From: Octopus sinensis
Lineage: Eukaryota
Length of the DNA: 64,000 nt
Direction: 5' to 3'
NCBI RefSeq assembly: GCF_006345805.1
Contig: NC_043002.1
Coordinates: 85,436,001-85,500,000 of the forward strand
This document shows, one piece after another, positions 37,301 to 50,198 of this stretch. The translations under genes were made by a program, and so were the position numbers. Below the pieces are notes generated by a model. That model did no database searches. It saw only the letters and a program-made list of their open reading frames with translations, and had not been told where the DNA came from. Each line of letters starts with the position of its first letter. Position 1 is the first letter of the stretch.

Positions 37301-38996
37301 AATGGAAACCCTAACAGAGCAAGAAGGCATTGCTATTTTACAAGGCCTCCATGACTGGTAGGTAAAATGTTACCTTCTCAAGTCATACTGACTCATAAGG
37401 GCTGGTTTTCCAGTTTCATGGCATATTTTTTCCCCACCTGGACAGTCTGCCAGTCCACTGTAGAATTGCTCATTTTTGCCAGCTGGGCAGACTGGAGTTT
37501 CATGAAATGAAGTGTTTTGCTCAAGAACACAATGCCTCACCCATTATGGAATCGAAAACACAACCTTATGATCATGAGTCCAAAACCCTAACCTCTAAGC
37601 CACATGCTTCCACATCCATGATGGATGGATGAAAGGGATAAAGAAACTATAACCCATGGATTATGCTTAGACCAAAGATCTTACAGCAAAGTGGTTTCTG
37701 CTTAGGTACCAAAGAGTATAGTGGTGTTAAACAAAGGAAAAAATTGAGCCTGTCTCTTACTAATAGATAAGGACATTTAAACAGTTTCCATCTACCCAAT
37801 CTCATTCACAACATTTGGTTTAATTCCAGATAATGGTGAAAAACACTTGCCTAAAGTGACATGAAGAGTTATTCAACCTGGAACCACATAATTGCAAAGT
37901 AGATTTATTAACCACACAGCAGCCATACCTGATTCATTACTTTCTTTCTCACTTTACAATTTTCCCCTTCTTGCAAAACTCTCCTTTCTCACATTTTTAA
38001 AATAAATAGCCATGCCTTCATTTTGACCCTTTTTTTTTGTTGGTAATTTCCATTAAATGGAATACTAACAGTAGTTTATTTTAAATAATTCAAAATTTCA
38101 TTTGTGAGTGTCACATTATTGAAATAATTAATGATATGCAGCGTATTTAATGATGTCATCAGACTAGTAACGCAGATCAATAAGCAATCAACTGATCCAA
38201 TCAGTTGTTTTTCTTGTGCACCTGTCTGGAATATGTATCGATTCTAGTAAATATCTGCAGATGTGGGAACAGTTACCATTTTCAATCTTGGTACATGACT
38301 CTCTAAGTATGTATATATGGTGCATTCTTTACAGGTGAATGCTAAAACATCTCTTATTTCCATGGACACGGGACTAGGATGAGTTTTTTAAATATGGATA
38401 ATTGTATGTTACTAAAGCTGGTAGTTTCACACTATTCTGTTAATTAATAACTCCAACTATGAAGTAGATTAACTGGGGAAAACAGAATAATACCATATAT
38501 ATATATATACGCACACACAAATATGTGTGGCTGTGTGGTAAGTAGCTTGCTTACCAGCCACATGGTTCCAGGTTCAGTCCCACTGTGTGGCACCTTGGGC
38601 AAGTGTCTTCTACTATAACCTTGGGCCAACCAAAGCCTTGTGAATAGATTTGGTAGACGGAAACTGAAAGAAACCCGTCAGATATATGTATATGTATATA
38701 TGTGTGTGTGTGTTTGTGTGTCTGTGTTTGTCCCCTCAACATTGCTTGACAACCGATGCTGGTGTGTTTACATCCCTGTAACTTAGCTGTCTGGCAAAAG
38801 GGACCGATAGAATAAGTACTAGGCTTACAAAGAATAAATCCTGGGATTGATGTGTTCAACTAAATGTGATGCTCCAGCATGGCTGCAGTCAAATGACTGA
38901 AACAAGTAAAAGAGCAAAAGAGATATATTTTTATTATTACAAACAGTGTTGTGAAGTTCTCAAGTATTGAACCTGCGACATTAGGTATATATATAT

Positions 38997-39349
38997 TTTT
39001 CAAATTAAAGATGGGAAATCAGATAGGTTCAACAATTCAAAAGCATTTCAATATAAACCGAGCGAAAAGGAGTATTATAATATATTTAATACATCTCTCT
39101 TTAAAAAGTTCAATATTGAAACAATACTAAAAATTTCAAAATTACAGATATACCTAACATATAGACAAATATGTCATTTATATTTTTATTAATATATTTG
39201 GTGTATCTGTAATTTTGAAATTTTTAGTATTGTTTCAAATTTTAATAAGAGATGCATTAAATATATTATAATACTTTTTTTGGCTCGATTTATATTATAA
39301 TGCTTTTGAATTGCAGAAGTTATCTGGTTTCTCATCTTTAATTTGAAAA
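38997..39349. repeat. Fold-back element, ~160-bp inverted arms with ~29-nt spacer
   Basis: 38997-39162 vs reverse complement of 39192-39349; clearly alignable with one indel. Flanked by TA-rich tracts. Confidence 0.9.
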
Positions 39350-41017
39350 TTATCTATCTATCTATCTATCTGTCTATATATATATATATATATATATGAT
39401 GATAATGACATTTAAAAGAAGAAAAGAAAATGGAGACTAGGAAGTTAATAATTGTTTATTATTAACAACAAAATGGATGCCACAAATTATTAATAAATTG
39501 GATGCAACCATCCCTTCACGAGGTGAACATACCCTCTAATTAAATTTATATATATATATATATATATATGTAACTGTATATCACCTAGTGATCTCCCACT
39601 TAATGATCACACAGTCACTACTTTGATAATATTTTTTTAAAAACTTATAAAAATAAAATCATGGTAGTTAATTGTACAAAGAAATGCTAACATCTATAAT
39701 GGTTACTTTAAAAGTTTAGTTCCCATAATGCACTTTGATAATGTGCACATGAATGTGTGTTCATTCATTCATTCAGTCATGCTGTTAGTTTTTATGTTCA
39801 TGTTGTGCACGCATACTGTACTTACATTCTCATTGCTACTCTTTCATCTTAAAACTTTTGAATTAATTCTGAATTAATTCACTCTCATAATCAGAGTTAC
39901 TAATTTAGCTAATTGACTGACAGATCTTGAGATAAAGCACCAATTGTATCAATTTCATTAACCTGGGATAACCTACAGATCTCAAGGACATTGTTCCACC
40001 TTAGTCTGGTTATTTACTGATAAAAAAAACCCTCAAGTGCTCTCACTATACAACATTACGTACTGAGTCTACATAGTTATAAATTAGACAGACACAAAAA
40101 TTATTTCAAACAGCAATGACCATAAAGATAAGACATTGACCATATTGCCATGAATTTAAATATTAACCGTATTTGGTAATTTCAGAATAACCATGTAATA
40201 ACAACTGAGAATATAAATGCTTTTTATAACAATGTTTTCCTGCAGACAGAGAGGGTATGGCAGGAAAGATTGAGAAAGTATTTAGATAGGTGGTTATGTT
40301 AGATGGACTTTGACATAGGTGGAAGGGAGTAAGCAGCTAGCTTGTTTAGAGTAAAACAGTTGACAATTACCTGAAATTTAATCAAAAATGATTAATCATC
40401 ATCATCGTTTAACGTCCGTTCTCCATGCTAGCATGGGTTGGACGGTTCGACTGGGATCTGGGAAGCCAGAAGGCTGCACCAGGCTCCAGTCTGATCTAGC
40501 AGTGTTTCTACAGCTGGATGCCCTTCATAATGCCAACCACTCTGTGAGTGTAGTGGGTGCTTTTTACGTGCCAGGTGAGGCTAGCAATGGTTACAATCGG
40601 ATTGGTGCTTTTTACGTGCCACCGGTACAGAAGAGAGTCAAGGTGGCGCTGGCATAGGCCACGTTCAGATGGTGCTTTTTACATGCCACCAGCACGGAAA
40701 TATCTATGATTAATATTCATTTCAAATTTTGGCTCAGGGCCAGCAATTTCGGGGGAGTGGGCAAGTCAGTTACATCAATCCAGTGCTCAACTGGTACTTA
40801 TTTTATCAACCCCTAAAGAATGAAAGGTAAAGATGACCTCTGCAGAATCTGAACTCACAAGGTAAAAATGGACAAAATGCCATTAAACAATTTGCTTGGC
40901 ATGCTAACAATTCTACCAACTCACTGCCTTGATTACATTTAATTTTAATACTTTCTAAGGTAGAATTGGTTGTAGAGGTCCAAGATCTTATCTTTGAAGT
41001 GAAAAATGACACTTTAG

Positions 41018-41223
41018 CCCTTTAGCATATCTAGCCCATATAGTTTAACTGTTTTATGTTCAAACTGGCCAGATCCAGCTTGTCACACCTACCCTACAAT
41101 CTCATTCTAAAAATAAACAGTCAAATCATTGAAATTTTGAAGTTATGTGATACTGCATGGTTAATTGAAAACAATGTGAATAAATAAGCTTTTCTTCTGA
41201 CAGAGTAATCTGAGCATTAAAGG
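41018..41223. mobile_element. piggyBac-like MITE family P2
   Basis: TTAG|CCCTTTAGCAT...GCATTAAAGG|TTAA. Confidence 0.6.
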
Positions 41224-41457
41224 TTAAGGGCAGCAATAAGGAGGACGAATTAGTAGTATAGTGTTGACCTAAATGCCTTACTTCAGTTTTATACATCAAT
41301 TAACAAGCTGAGGGATAATTGATACACAAGACTACTGTAAAGTATTTACTCTATCTATATTTTATTACCTTTAGTTTATTAACCCTTCCTGGTTCAATAG
41401 AATTAGCAGCTGTACACTAATCTCTATTCAACTGACCTTTATCCCACTTATGTTCAG

Positions 41458-41543
41458 ATGTGTGTCATAGTATTATTGGTCATGCTCTTAAAGAACAAAG
41501 GACTAGTTATGTTCTCTTCAACAGATTATGTGAATATACCCAG
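41458..41543 (+). CDS. Candidate internal coding exon (86 nt), product unknown
   Basis: Acceptor cccacttatgttcag, donor CAG|gtattt. The phase-1 frame xVCHSIIGHALKEQRTSYVLFNRLCEYTQ is open and not low-complexity. No neighbouring exon could be linked. Confidence 0.35.
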
Positions 41544-43092
41544 GTATTTTGTGTTGGGGTGGGGGGGAGTAACGAATTGCTGCTCTTGTCTCTATTTTTG
41601 GATGAAAAGAAAAAAAGAAAAAGAAAATCTTTTAAAACAACTTTTATTTTGTCATAAATAATATTGTTTTTTTCTTTTATTGATTGGTCAAGTGGAAAGG
41701 CCATGTCCATGACCTTTTGCAGAGACTACTAGACTAGTGAAAGGGTGTGAGGTAGGTATCAGCTCAAATGATTGCAACAGAGTGGTCACCTTAGCTAAAG
41801 GCATCTAAGGGCTAGTTGGTGGCTCTAATGTAGCTAGAGGCTAGGGTGTGTGCTGCCTTTCAGTTTTCTGGCCTTGGGCCCCCACAACAAATACATATTG
41901 CCTACAGTAGACCCAAAAGGGGTAATGCCCTCATAAAAGTGCTGCCTTCTTCCCACTCCAGCTATACTAGTGGGTGGTGGTGTTAAACTGGTTGACAGAT
42001 TAGGTCTACCATCCAAGTAAGCCACAGCAGGATTTGAACACAGAACATTTAAAGTTGGAACAAATACTGCAAAGCATCCTGTCCAGTGCTCTAATGATTC
42101 TGCCAGTTTGCTTCCCTAGACTTCAGTATTATTTTATCAACCCTGGAAAGATGAAAGCAAAGTTGACTTCAGTAGTATTTGAGCGCTGAATGCAAAGAAC
42201 CAGAATAAGTACTATGAGACATTTTGTCTAATGTTCTAATGATTCTGTTAATTTGCTGCCTTTGATGAAAGTGGATTTGAATTTTTTTTTTTTTTTTGAT
42301 AAACAGAACTTTGGACTTGTTTTTGGGAAAAAACTCATCTTGTCACAGTTAAAATATTACAAGATACTTGCGGATCTTTCTTGCCTCCTTCTCTCACTAT
42401 TTATCACTTCCACAATCTCCTTGTTACTGGGAATGGCAGATTCATTAGAGTATTGGAAAAAAAAAACCCAAAACCTTGTGCTATTTCTTCCAGTTCTTTA
42501 TGGTTTAATTTCAAATCCTGCCAGGGTAAAAAAATTGCCTTTTTTTATCTCTGGTTCAATAGAATATGGTAACCCTCTAATACTGGATGTTGATGTAATA
42601 ATCGATTAACCTGCTCCTCTAAAAAATTCTTGCCTCAAACCTTAAATTAAAAACAATTATCAGAAATGAATATATAGGGCCCTTTCATTGAATTTCTCCC
42701 CCACCTTCATTCTATTTCATTATTCCTCCTCCCTTCCTTTATTTCACTTCTATCCCTTTCCCATCTCATTCATTTCTTCTTATTAGTCTCCAGCATATTA
42801 CCAGCAAGCATATATGACCAATTCCACAAGCTACTGACTTGATTCCTCCATAAGCTAACCTAACACAATCACAAAAATAATAAACAAGTAAAATAAATAT
42901 TAAAAAATATTTTTAAAATATATTATAGGTATATAGAAGTGGCTGTGTGGTAAGTAGCTTGCTTACCAACCACATGGTTCTGGGTTCAGTCCCACTGCGT
43001 GGCACCATAGGCAAGTGTCTTCTACTATAGCCTCGGGCCAACCAAAGCATTGTGAGTGGATTTGGTAGATGGAAACTGAAAGAAGCCCGTCG

Positions 43093-43144
<52 letters not shown>

Positions 43145-43974
43145 TGTATTTGTTTGTGTGTCTGTGTTTGTTTCCCCAACATCGCTTGACAACCGATGCT
43201 AGTGTGTTTACGTCCCCGTAACTTAGCGGTTCGGCAAAAGAGACCGATAGAAAAAGTACTAGGCTTACAAAGAATAAGTCCTGGGGTAGATTTGCTTGGC
43301 TAAAGGCAGTGCTCCAGCATGGCTGCAGTCAAATGACTGAAACAAATAAAAGAATAAAAATAGAATGCTAAATAGAAAAAATTGATTTTAAACATGACAT
43401 TTGCCACAAAAGGTTGTCATCTTAACAACTCTTCTCTTGGGCAATTCCATTAACTTTTGCAATTATTTTTCTTTTTTCAATTTCTTTGTCATCATTTCTC
43501 CTGGCATTTCATGCTTTTCCTTTTTTTATTTTTATTCAATAAAAATTTTTTTTAAAGTTTATTGTTTCTTTTTTTTATTTTTATACTGTTTTTATTGATG
43601 TTTTCTTTTCACCTTTAATTTTGTTTCTTTTTCTATTCCCTTTCATCTTCAATTTTCACTTTTATCTACATTTCTTTTTGACTTTCTGTTTATTTTTTCT
43701 TAATCACCATTCCACCTCATCTCCTCTGCCCCACTCACCACCTGCATCATCATCATTCTTTTTTTATCATTACTGTAATCATCTACCAACTCACCTTACC
43801 AAATTTCCATGTTACTCTCTTCCTATCTTCTTCAACTATGTTGCCCTTTTATTATCTGACTGCTTATGTCTTTTTCTTTCCCCTTCTATCATTTCCTACC
43901 TGCTCTCATCTTTAAGCTTCCCCTTCTCTTTCCTCTTCAATATTTAATGGCAGATTTCATCATTATCATTATCA

Positions 43975-44885
43975 TTATTGAGTGAGAACATTCGGGCGAG
44001 GTCGTTGCCAGAGCTGCTGGACAGTCTCCTGTGCAGGTGGTACATAAAAAACACCATTTTGAACATGGCTGTTGCCAGTACCGCCAGACTGGGCCTCATG
44101 CCGGTGGGAAGTAAAAGCACCTACTACACTCTTGGAGTAGTTGGTGTTAGGAAGGGCATCCAGTTGTAGAAACTCTGCCAGATCAGATTGGAGCCTGGCG
44201 TAGCCATCTGGTTTGCCAATCTTCAGTCAAATCATCCAACCCATGCTAGCATGGAAAGCGGACGTTAAATGATGATGGTGATGATGATGATGATGATGAT
44301 GATGAAAGCAGCAAATACCATCAAAGTGACACTGGGGTACAAATATACAAAGCCTAATATATCCATTATGACTACCTGTCGGATAAGGGTACACTAGGTA
44401 TATGCATCACAACCATATGTGCACAACATAGTGATGTCATATCAAGATAAACAATGCATGACCTTGCAGCTGGAGCCCAGTTAGAATTTTCTTCAGGTCA
44501 AGTAGCACATCCCACTTAAAAGGTCCCTGAATAATGTTTGTTTAGGGATGTTGAATGAAACACTCATATTTGCAGAAGTAAATTATTCAAACTCCAAAGA
44601 AATCCCCTCTACACATGGATATGATGCTTCCCAACTATTTCTATTCATGATCAGAGATGATTATATTGTCAGCTGCTAAAGGACATGCTCAACTGCTTAT
44701 GGTCAAGAAACTGACCAGCAAATTTGTGGTATTGAGCAGAATATTTGCTTGTAGTACATCTTTTACTCCAAGACAAAACATGTACATGATAACACTTCCA
44801 ATCAGTTAAGATCAAAAGCATTTTTCTAAGTATTCTAGCAGTTCTGAGAAGTGTTGTTTTCTGTAAGTGGCCCATCCTGATGTTG
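43975..44885 (-). mobile_element. R4/Dong 3' end with long 3' UTR, interrupted by an RTE 3' fragment (43990-44305)
   Basis: HLQKTTLLRTARILRKML ORF end is contiguous with the repeat also found at 46863-47200; tail ...CTCACTCAA(TAA/TGA)n. Confidence 0.7.
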
Positions 44886-44894
44886 TCCCTGATT

Positions 44895-45260
44895 TATTAT
44901 TATTAGCCAGTGACAGGAGACCGAGACTTTTGGAAATATGCTGTGATTGAGAAGACCTGGCAATTGAAGTGAGATCACAGCCATGCATGTCCAGCCCAGT
45001 TAAGAGTACCCCTGATGTGTTGGGCGATATGATATGCTTGAGAAGACCTGTTGAGTCAAATAAAACCAATATCATACCCCATTGACTAGCTCTCATGCCG
45101 GTGGTACGTAAAAAGCACCCACTACACTCTCAGAGTGGTTGGCGTTAGGAAGGGCATCCAACTGTAGAAACTTTGCCAGATCAGATTGGAGTTTGTGCTC
45201 AGTCAAACTGTCCAACCCATGCTAGCATGAAAAACGGACGTTAAACAATGATGATGATTA
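44895..45260 (+). mobile_element. RTE LINE ORF end plus 3' UTR
   Basis: GDRDFWKYAVIEKTWQ-like C-terminus followed by the abundant (GAT)n-tailed 3' UTR. Confidence 0.7.
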
Positions 45261-45484
45261 GGGCAGTGATCTGACAGAATTGTTAGTGCATCGGGCAAAA
45301 TGCTTAGAGGTGTTTCATTCATCTACATTCTGAGTTCAAATTCCATTGTGGTTGACTTGCCTTTCATCCTTTTGGAGTTTTGGAGTCGATAGAATAAGTA
45401 CCAGTTGAGTACTGAGTCAATATAATCGACTATCCCCCTCCACCAAATTTCAGGCCTTGTGCCTATAGTAGAAAAGATTATTAT

Positions 45485-45760
45485 TATTATTCTATGTTTG
45501 ACTTTTGCTTTACATTTGTACAAGTTGGCTCCAAGTCTCACCCAGAGACCTCAAGAGACAACAGGTTGGAAGTTCATGTTGTTGTTATGCCTAGTGTGCC
45601 ATATATTTGGTTTTCTATTTAGTGTTGTACTAGTGAATGTCTAAAAAACCATATGAAAATTATGTTTGTTTTAAAACTTGAGATTACATAGAAAGTATTT
45701 TGCGTAGGATATGAGCAGTTCCCATGAGCACTATCTTTTGAATTTCTGCCATTTTTTATA
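45485..45760 (-). mobile_element. R4/Dong 3' end (second subfamily)
   Basis: KMAEIQKIVLMGTAHILRKILSM*, bounded by ATT/TAA tracts. Confidence 0.75.
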
Positions 45761-46227
45761 ATTAGTATTATTATTGTTATTATTAGTGTTCTATTACATT
45801 CTGAGTTCAAATACCACCAAGGTCAACATCCTTTTGGGGTTAATAAAATATCTACCAGCTAAGCACTGGGATCAATGCTATTGCTCATCTTCTTCCTTCC
45901 CATAAAATTGCTAGCTTTGTGCCAAAATTTGAAGCAGAATCTTTAACAAATCAGACAAATTATTTATTGGTATTTCTTACAGGTCTTTAAATTCTGAGTT
46001 TAAATTCCATTGAGAGCACTATGGCTGATGTAATTGACTAATCCGCTCCCACAAAGTTTCAGGCCTTGTACATATAGTAAAAAGGAATGTGAGAGTAGAG
46101 AGGGAAGTGTTGCCTCCCAGCAATTTTGTTAAAAGGTGGATGAATGTAATCAACTAACTCCCTTACCTGAAATTGCTGGCCTTGTGCCAAAAATTGAAGC
46201 CATTATTATTGCTGTTGTTGTTGTTAT

Positions 46228-46600
46228 TATTATTTTACTTCTCAGAGCTCCTGGTCTTACTTGATCTGGTAGATTCTGTGAGAGCAGACAACATCTTGTT
46301 GTCAGAAGTCTCACAGGGGTCTCTTTCCACAAATTATAAGCTTTGGTACTTGGATGTTAATTTATCTTGGAAGACATGCAACATCTAAGCAAAATTATAG
46401 CTGTCCTGTATAGAGCATTTTTTGGGACCTTCTCTGCCCTCATGGTCAATTCCAATTTCTCTGACATATTTCATGAATTGGTTGTTAGTGATCCACATGT
46501 CCCTACAACTACAGGGTGAACAGTTACTCTCTTCATAGCCCATATTCTTGCAATTTTGAATTTTAGTAGTCTGTATTTTCGATCTTTTCCAGATAATTAT
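46228..46600 (-). mobile_element. R4/Dong 3' end (third subfamily)
   Basis: KYRLLKFKIARIWAMKRVTVHPVVVG...QKNALYRTAIILLR, with a TAA/CAA tail. Confidence 0.7.
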
Positions 46601-46835
46601 CATTTTTGGTTTGGCTCAGGTTTGGTCTTATTCCTGATAGGAATTATGTGGATAACGAGTTACGACCTGTAACCTTAGATATCCACAAGTTTTCAGCAGT
46701 CTTTCAAGTGCTTAGAACCCTCCTGATAATCCTTGCTGACCCCAAGAAACAAACTTTCTGTAGGAGCTTTACTGGGCATTCTATTTCAATTTTCAGCCAT
46801 TTGTCTATATCTTGGCTTACTGTTCCCAACGCACT
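46600..46835 (-). mobile_element. R4/Dong 3' end (fourth subfamily)
   Basis: ALGTVSQDIDKWLKIEIECPVKLLQKVCFLGSARIIRRVLST*. Confidence 0.8.
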
Positions 46836-46862
46836 ATCATTATTATCATTATTATTATTATT

Positions 46863-47200
46863 ATTGAGTGAGAGAGCAGTGCATGCCATCAAAGTGACAC
46901 TGGGGTAAAATATAAGAAGCCCAGTATACCCATCATAACTACCTGTCTGATTAGGGTACACTAGGCACATGCATCACAACCATATGTACATGACATGGTG
47001 ATCTCATATCAAGATAAACAGCACATGACCTTGCAGATGGGGCCCAGTTAGAATTTTCTTCTGGTCAAGTAACCCATCCCACTCAAAAGGTCCCTGAATA
47101 AGGGTTGTTTAAGGATGTTGAACAAAACACCCATATTTCCAGAGGTGAATTATTCAAACCCCAAAGAATCCCTCTCAACACATGGCTATGATGCTCCCCC
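46863..47200 (-). mobile_element. 5'-truncated copy of the long Dong 3' UTR between TAA tracts
   Basis: Aligns with 44305-44635; (TAA)n on both sides. Confidence 0.7.
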
Positions 47201-47204
47201 ACTA

Positions 47205-47237
<33 letters not shown>

Positions 47238-48480
47238 ACCTCTTTCTTCGTCTTCATTAGACCTCCCTATTTTCATCTCCATGGAACCCTAATCCCTAAT
47301 CATTTTATGTTACAATTTAATTTTCCTCTATTCCTCATGTTATTCTTGTGTCCCCCAATCTGGCTTAACTAATCTCATCTGTTCAGGAGTCTCCCTTTAC
47401 TTCTCACCTGGCTTGTCTCTGTCTGCCTGCCTGCCTGCCTTGCCTATCTACTTGCCTACCAGCCCAGCTTTTGTGTGTGTGTGTTTGTGTGTCTGTCTGT
47501 CTGTCTATCTCTGTTTCTTGGTGTCTTCTTGGCTTCACATCTGTCACTTTCATCATTTTTTCATTCTTTTTTCTTTCTTGTTTCTTCTTTACATTTTCTT
47601 TTTTCCTTCATTATTTTTTACTTTCTTGGTTATTATTTTTTATCTTTTACTTTCTTTCTTCTTTTCTTTATTTCTTTTTTTTTGTTCTTTCTTTTATTCA
47701 TTCATTCATTCATTCATTCATTCATTCATATACCAATCCTCTCTCCCTTTCTCTCCTTCTCTCTCTCTCTGTCTATCTTTATCAGTCCAAGGGGGGAAGG
47801 GTAGTGGCAGCAGTAATGGTATTGATGGCAATGGGGGATGTGGTGGTGGCAATGGCGATGGTGGAGATGATGGTTAATGGATGTTTCTTTTAAACTTAAA
47901 TAATAAAACACACCTCCTCTTACCTTCACCCTCTCCACCTCTACTACTTCCATTCAACTTCCTATCACTTCACTTCTGTCTACATGTTTTACACAACACA
48001 TCTTACTGATAACACCTTTCCACTCCTTTACTCTGTGTGTATGTTCCTGTCTATCTGTCTCTGTCTCTATCTCTCTCTCTCTTTTTATACTTTACAGTTC
48101 ATATACTCTCCTAATATATAAATGCCCCTCCACTCCAGTTCATCAATTGCTCATTTTAATTGTATTTCATTTTTTTCTTTTAGAAATTAGACGTCTTTAA
48201 CTCCCCTCACTTGTTTTTTTTTAAAGGATTTCTTAGTTTTATTTTCATTTGTGATTAATCTTTAAGTTGCACGTGTGCATATATGGATATGCACACAACA
48301 CATGCACGTACATATACAAAACATTCACAGATGCACATATGTACATATACATACACACATATGCATACATATACACACATGTAATGTATACAGATTTTCA
48401 AACACATATGGATATACACCACATACACACCAAGCAGACAGATACACACACATACACATGCCCACATTAAAGAAAAAATA

Positions 48481-48886
48481 ACTTTACTCTTTAACTCTTT
48501 TACTTGTTTCAGTCATTTGACTGCAGCCATGCTGGAGCACTGCCTTTAGTCGAGCAAATCGACTCCAGAACTTATTCTTTGTAAGCCTAGTACTTATTCT
48601 ATCAGTCTCTTTTGCCGAACCGCTAAGTGACGGCGACGTAAATACACCAGCATCGGTTGTCAAGCGATGTTGGGGGGACAAACACAGACACACAAACATG
48701 CACATATATATATATATAATATACGATGGGCTTCTTTCAGTTTCCGTCTACCAAATTCACCCACAAGGCTTTGGTCGGCCCGAGGCTATAGTAGAAGACA
48801 CTTACCCAAGGTGCCACGCAGTGGGACTGAACCCGGAACCATGTGGTTGGTAAGCAAGCTACTTACCACACAGCCACTCGTACGCC
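48481..48886 (-). mobile_element. SINE A flanked by a 101-bp direct repeat
   Basis: Flanks 48380-48480 and 48903-49003 are nearly identical. Confidence 0.9.
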
Positions 48887-49285
48887 TGTAATGTATACAA
48901 TCTGTAATGTATACAGATATACAAACACATACGGATATACACCACATACACACCAAGCAGACAGATACACACACATACACATGCCCACATTAAAGAAAAA
49001 ATAGCTGTTGACATTTTCTTTTGTTTTATCTTTTCTTTCTATCATCCATCTATCACTACCACCACCACCACTACTACTACCAACCCCACCTTCCCCCAAC
49101 ACCAACACTGCCACTAATGCAACCACCACTAACCTTTCTCCTCTTGCCTCCACCCTCTCCATATTTTCTTCATTCTGTTAGTTGTGCTATTCGCCTTCTG
49201 GGTTCCTGTTGAACCCAATGTTCCTTGGTAACCAAAAATCTGCCAGAAGACAACAAACTGATGATTACTCCTTGTTATAGTCACA

Positions 49286-49334
49286 ATGAATGTATGTATA
49301 TATATATATATGTATGTATGTATATGTATGTATG

Positions 49335-49366
<32 letters not shown>

Positions 49367-49454
49367 TGTATGTATGTATGTATATATATGGATGTATGTA
49401 TATATATATGGATGTATATATATGTATGTATGTATATATATATGTATGTATGTA

Positions 49455-49487
<33 letters not shown>

Positions 49488-49566
49488 ATATATATATGTA
49501 TGTATGTATGTATGTATATATATATGTATGTATATATGTATGTATGTATGTATGCATGTATGTATG

Positions 49567-49605
<39 letters not shown>

Positions 49606-49640
49606 GCATACACACATGCATACACACACACACACACAAA
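49286..49640. repeat. Compound (TATG)n/(TA)n microsatellite
   Basis: Seen directly. Confidence 0.95.
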
Positions 49641-49963
49641 CCTCTTTCGACAACCTCTCTAGACAACTTCCGATGACCTCTCTTGCCAACCTCCGACAAT
49701 CTTTTTCACCAACATCCGAAAGCCTCTCTTGCCAACCACCAACGATCTCTCCCTCCTCCAGTTGACAGTTTTTGTATGTTTTCGTGATGGAAAATACACC
49801 TTTTGTGGCAGTTATAAGGAAATTTCTTTCTTATATCAGACTAATAAGGCATTTCAATAGAACATCTTTACCCCTATGAATTACCAGTACACCAGCTAGT
49901 ATATATGTATATGTATGTATATATGAGTTTTTGGTGATGCAAAATATGAGTGTATGTAACTTC

Positions 49964-50104
49964 TTATTGATATTTAGCAGAAGCAACAAAGTGATCCAAG
50001 GGCTGAGAGTTTCATGCATTGGCATTTATTAAAGCTTCATAAGTGCCAATGCATGAAGCTCTCAACTCTTGAGTCACTCTGTTGCTTTTGCTAAATATTA
50101 ATAA
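49964..50104. repeat. 141-bp hairpin (66-bp arms, 9-nt loop)
   Basis: Arms 49964-50029 and 50039-50104; nine differences, all transitions, no indels. Confidence 0.9.
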
Positions 50105-50198
50105 AATATGTATGTGTGTGTGTGTGTCTTTGTGTTTGTCTCAACCACTATTTGACAACTAGTGTTGGTTTACCAGTTCTATATTTAAGAGATGAGGA

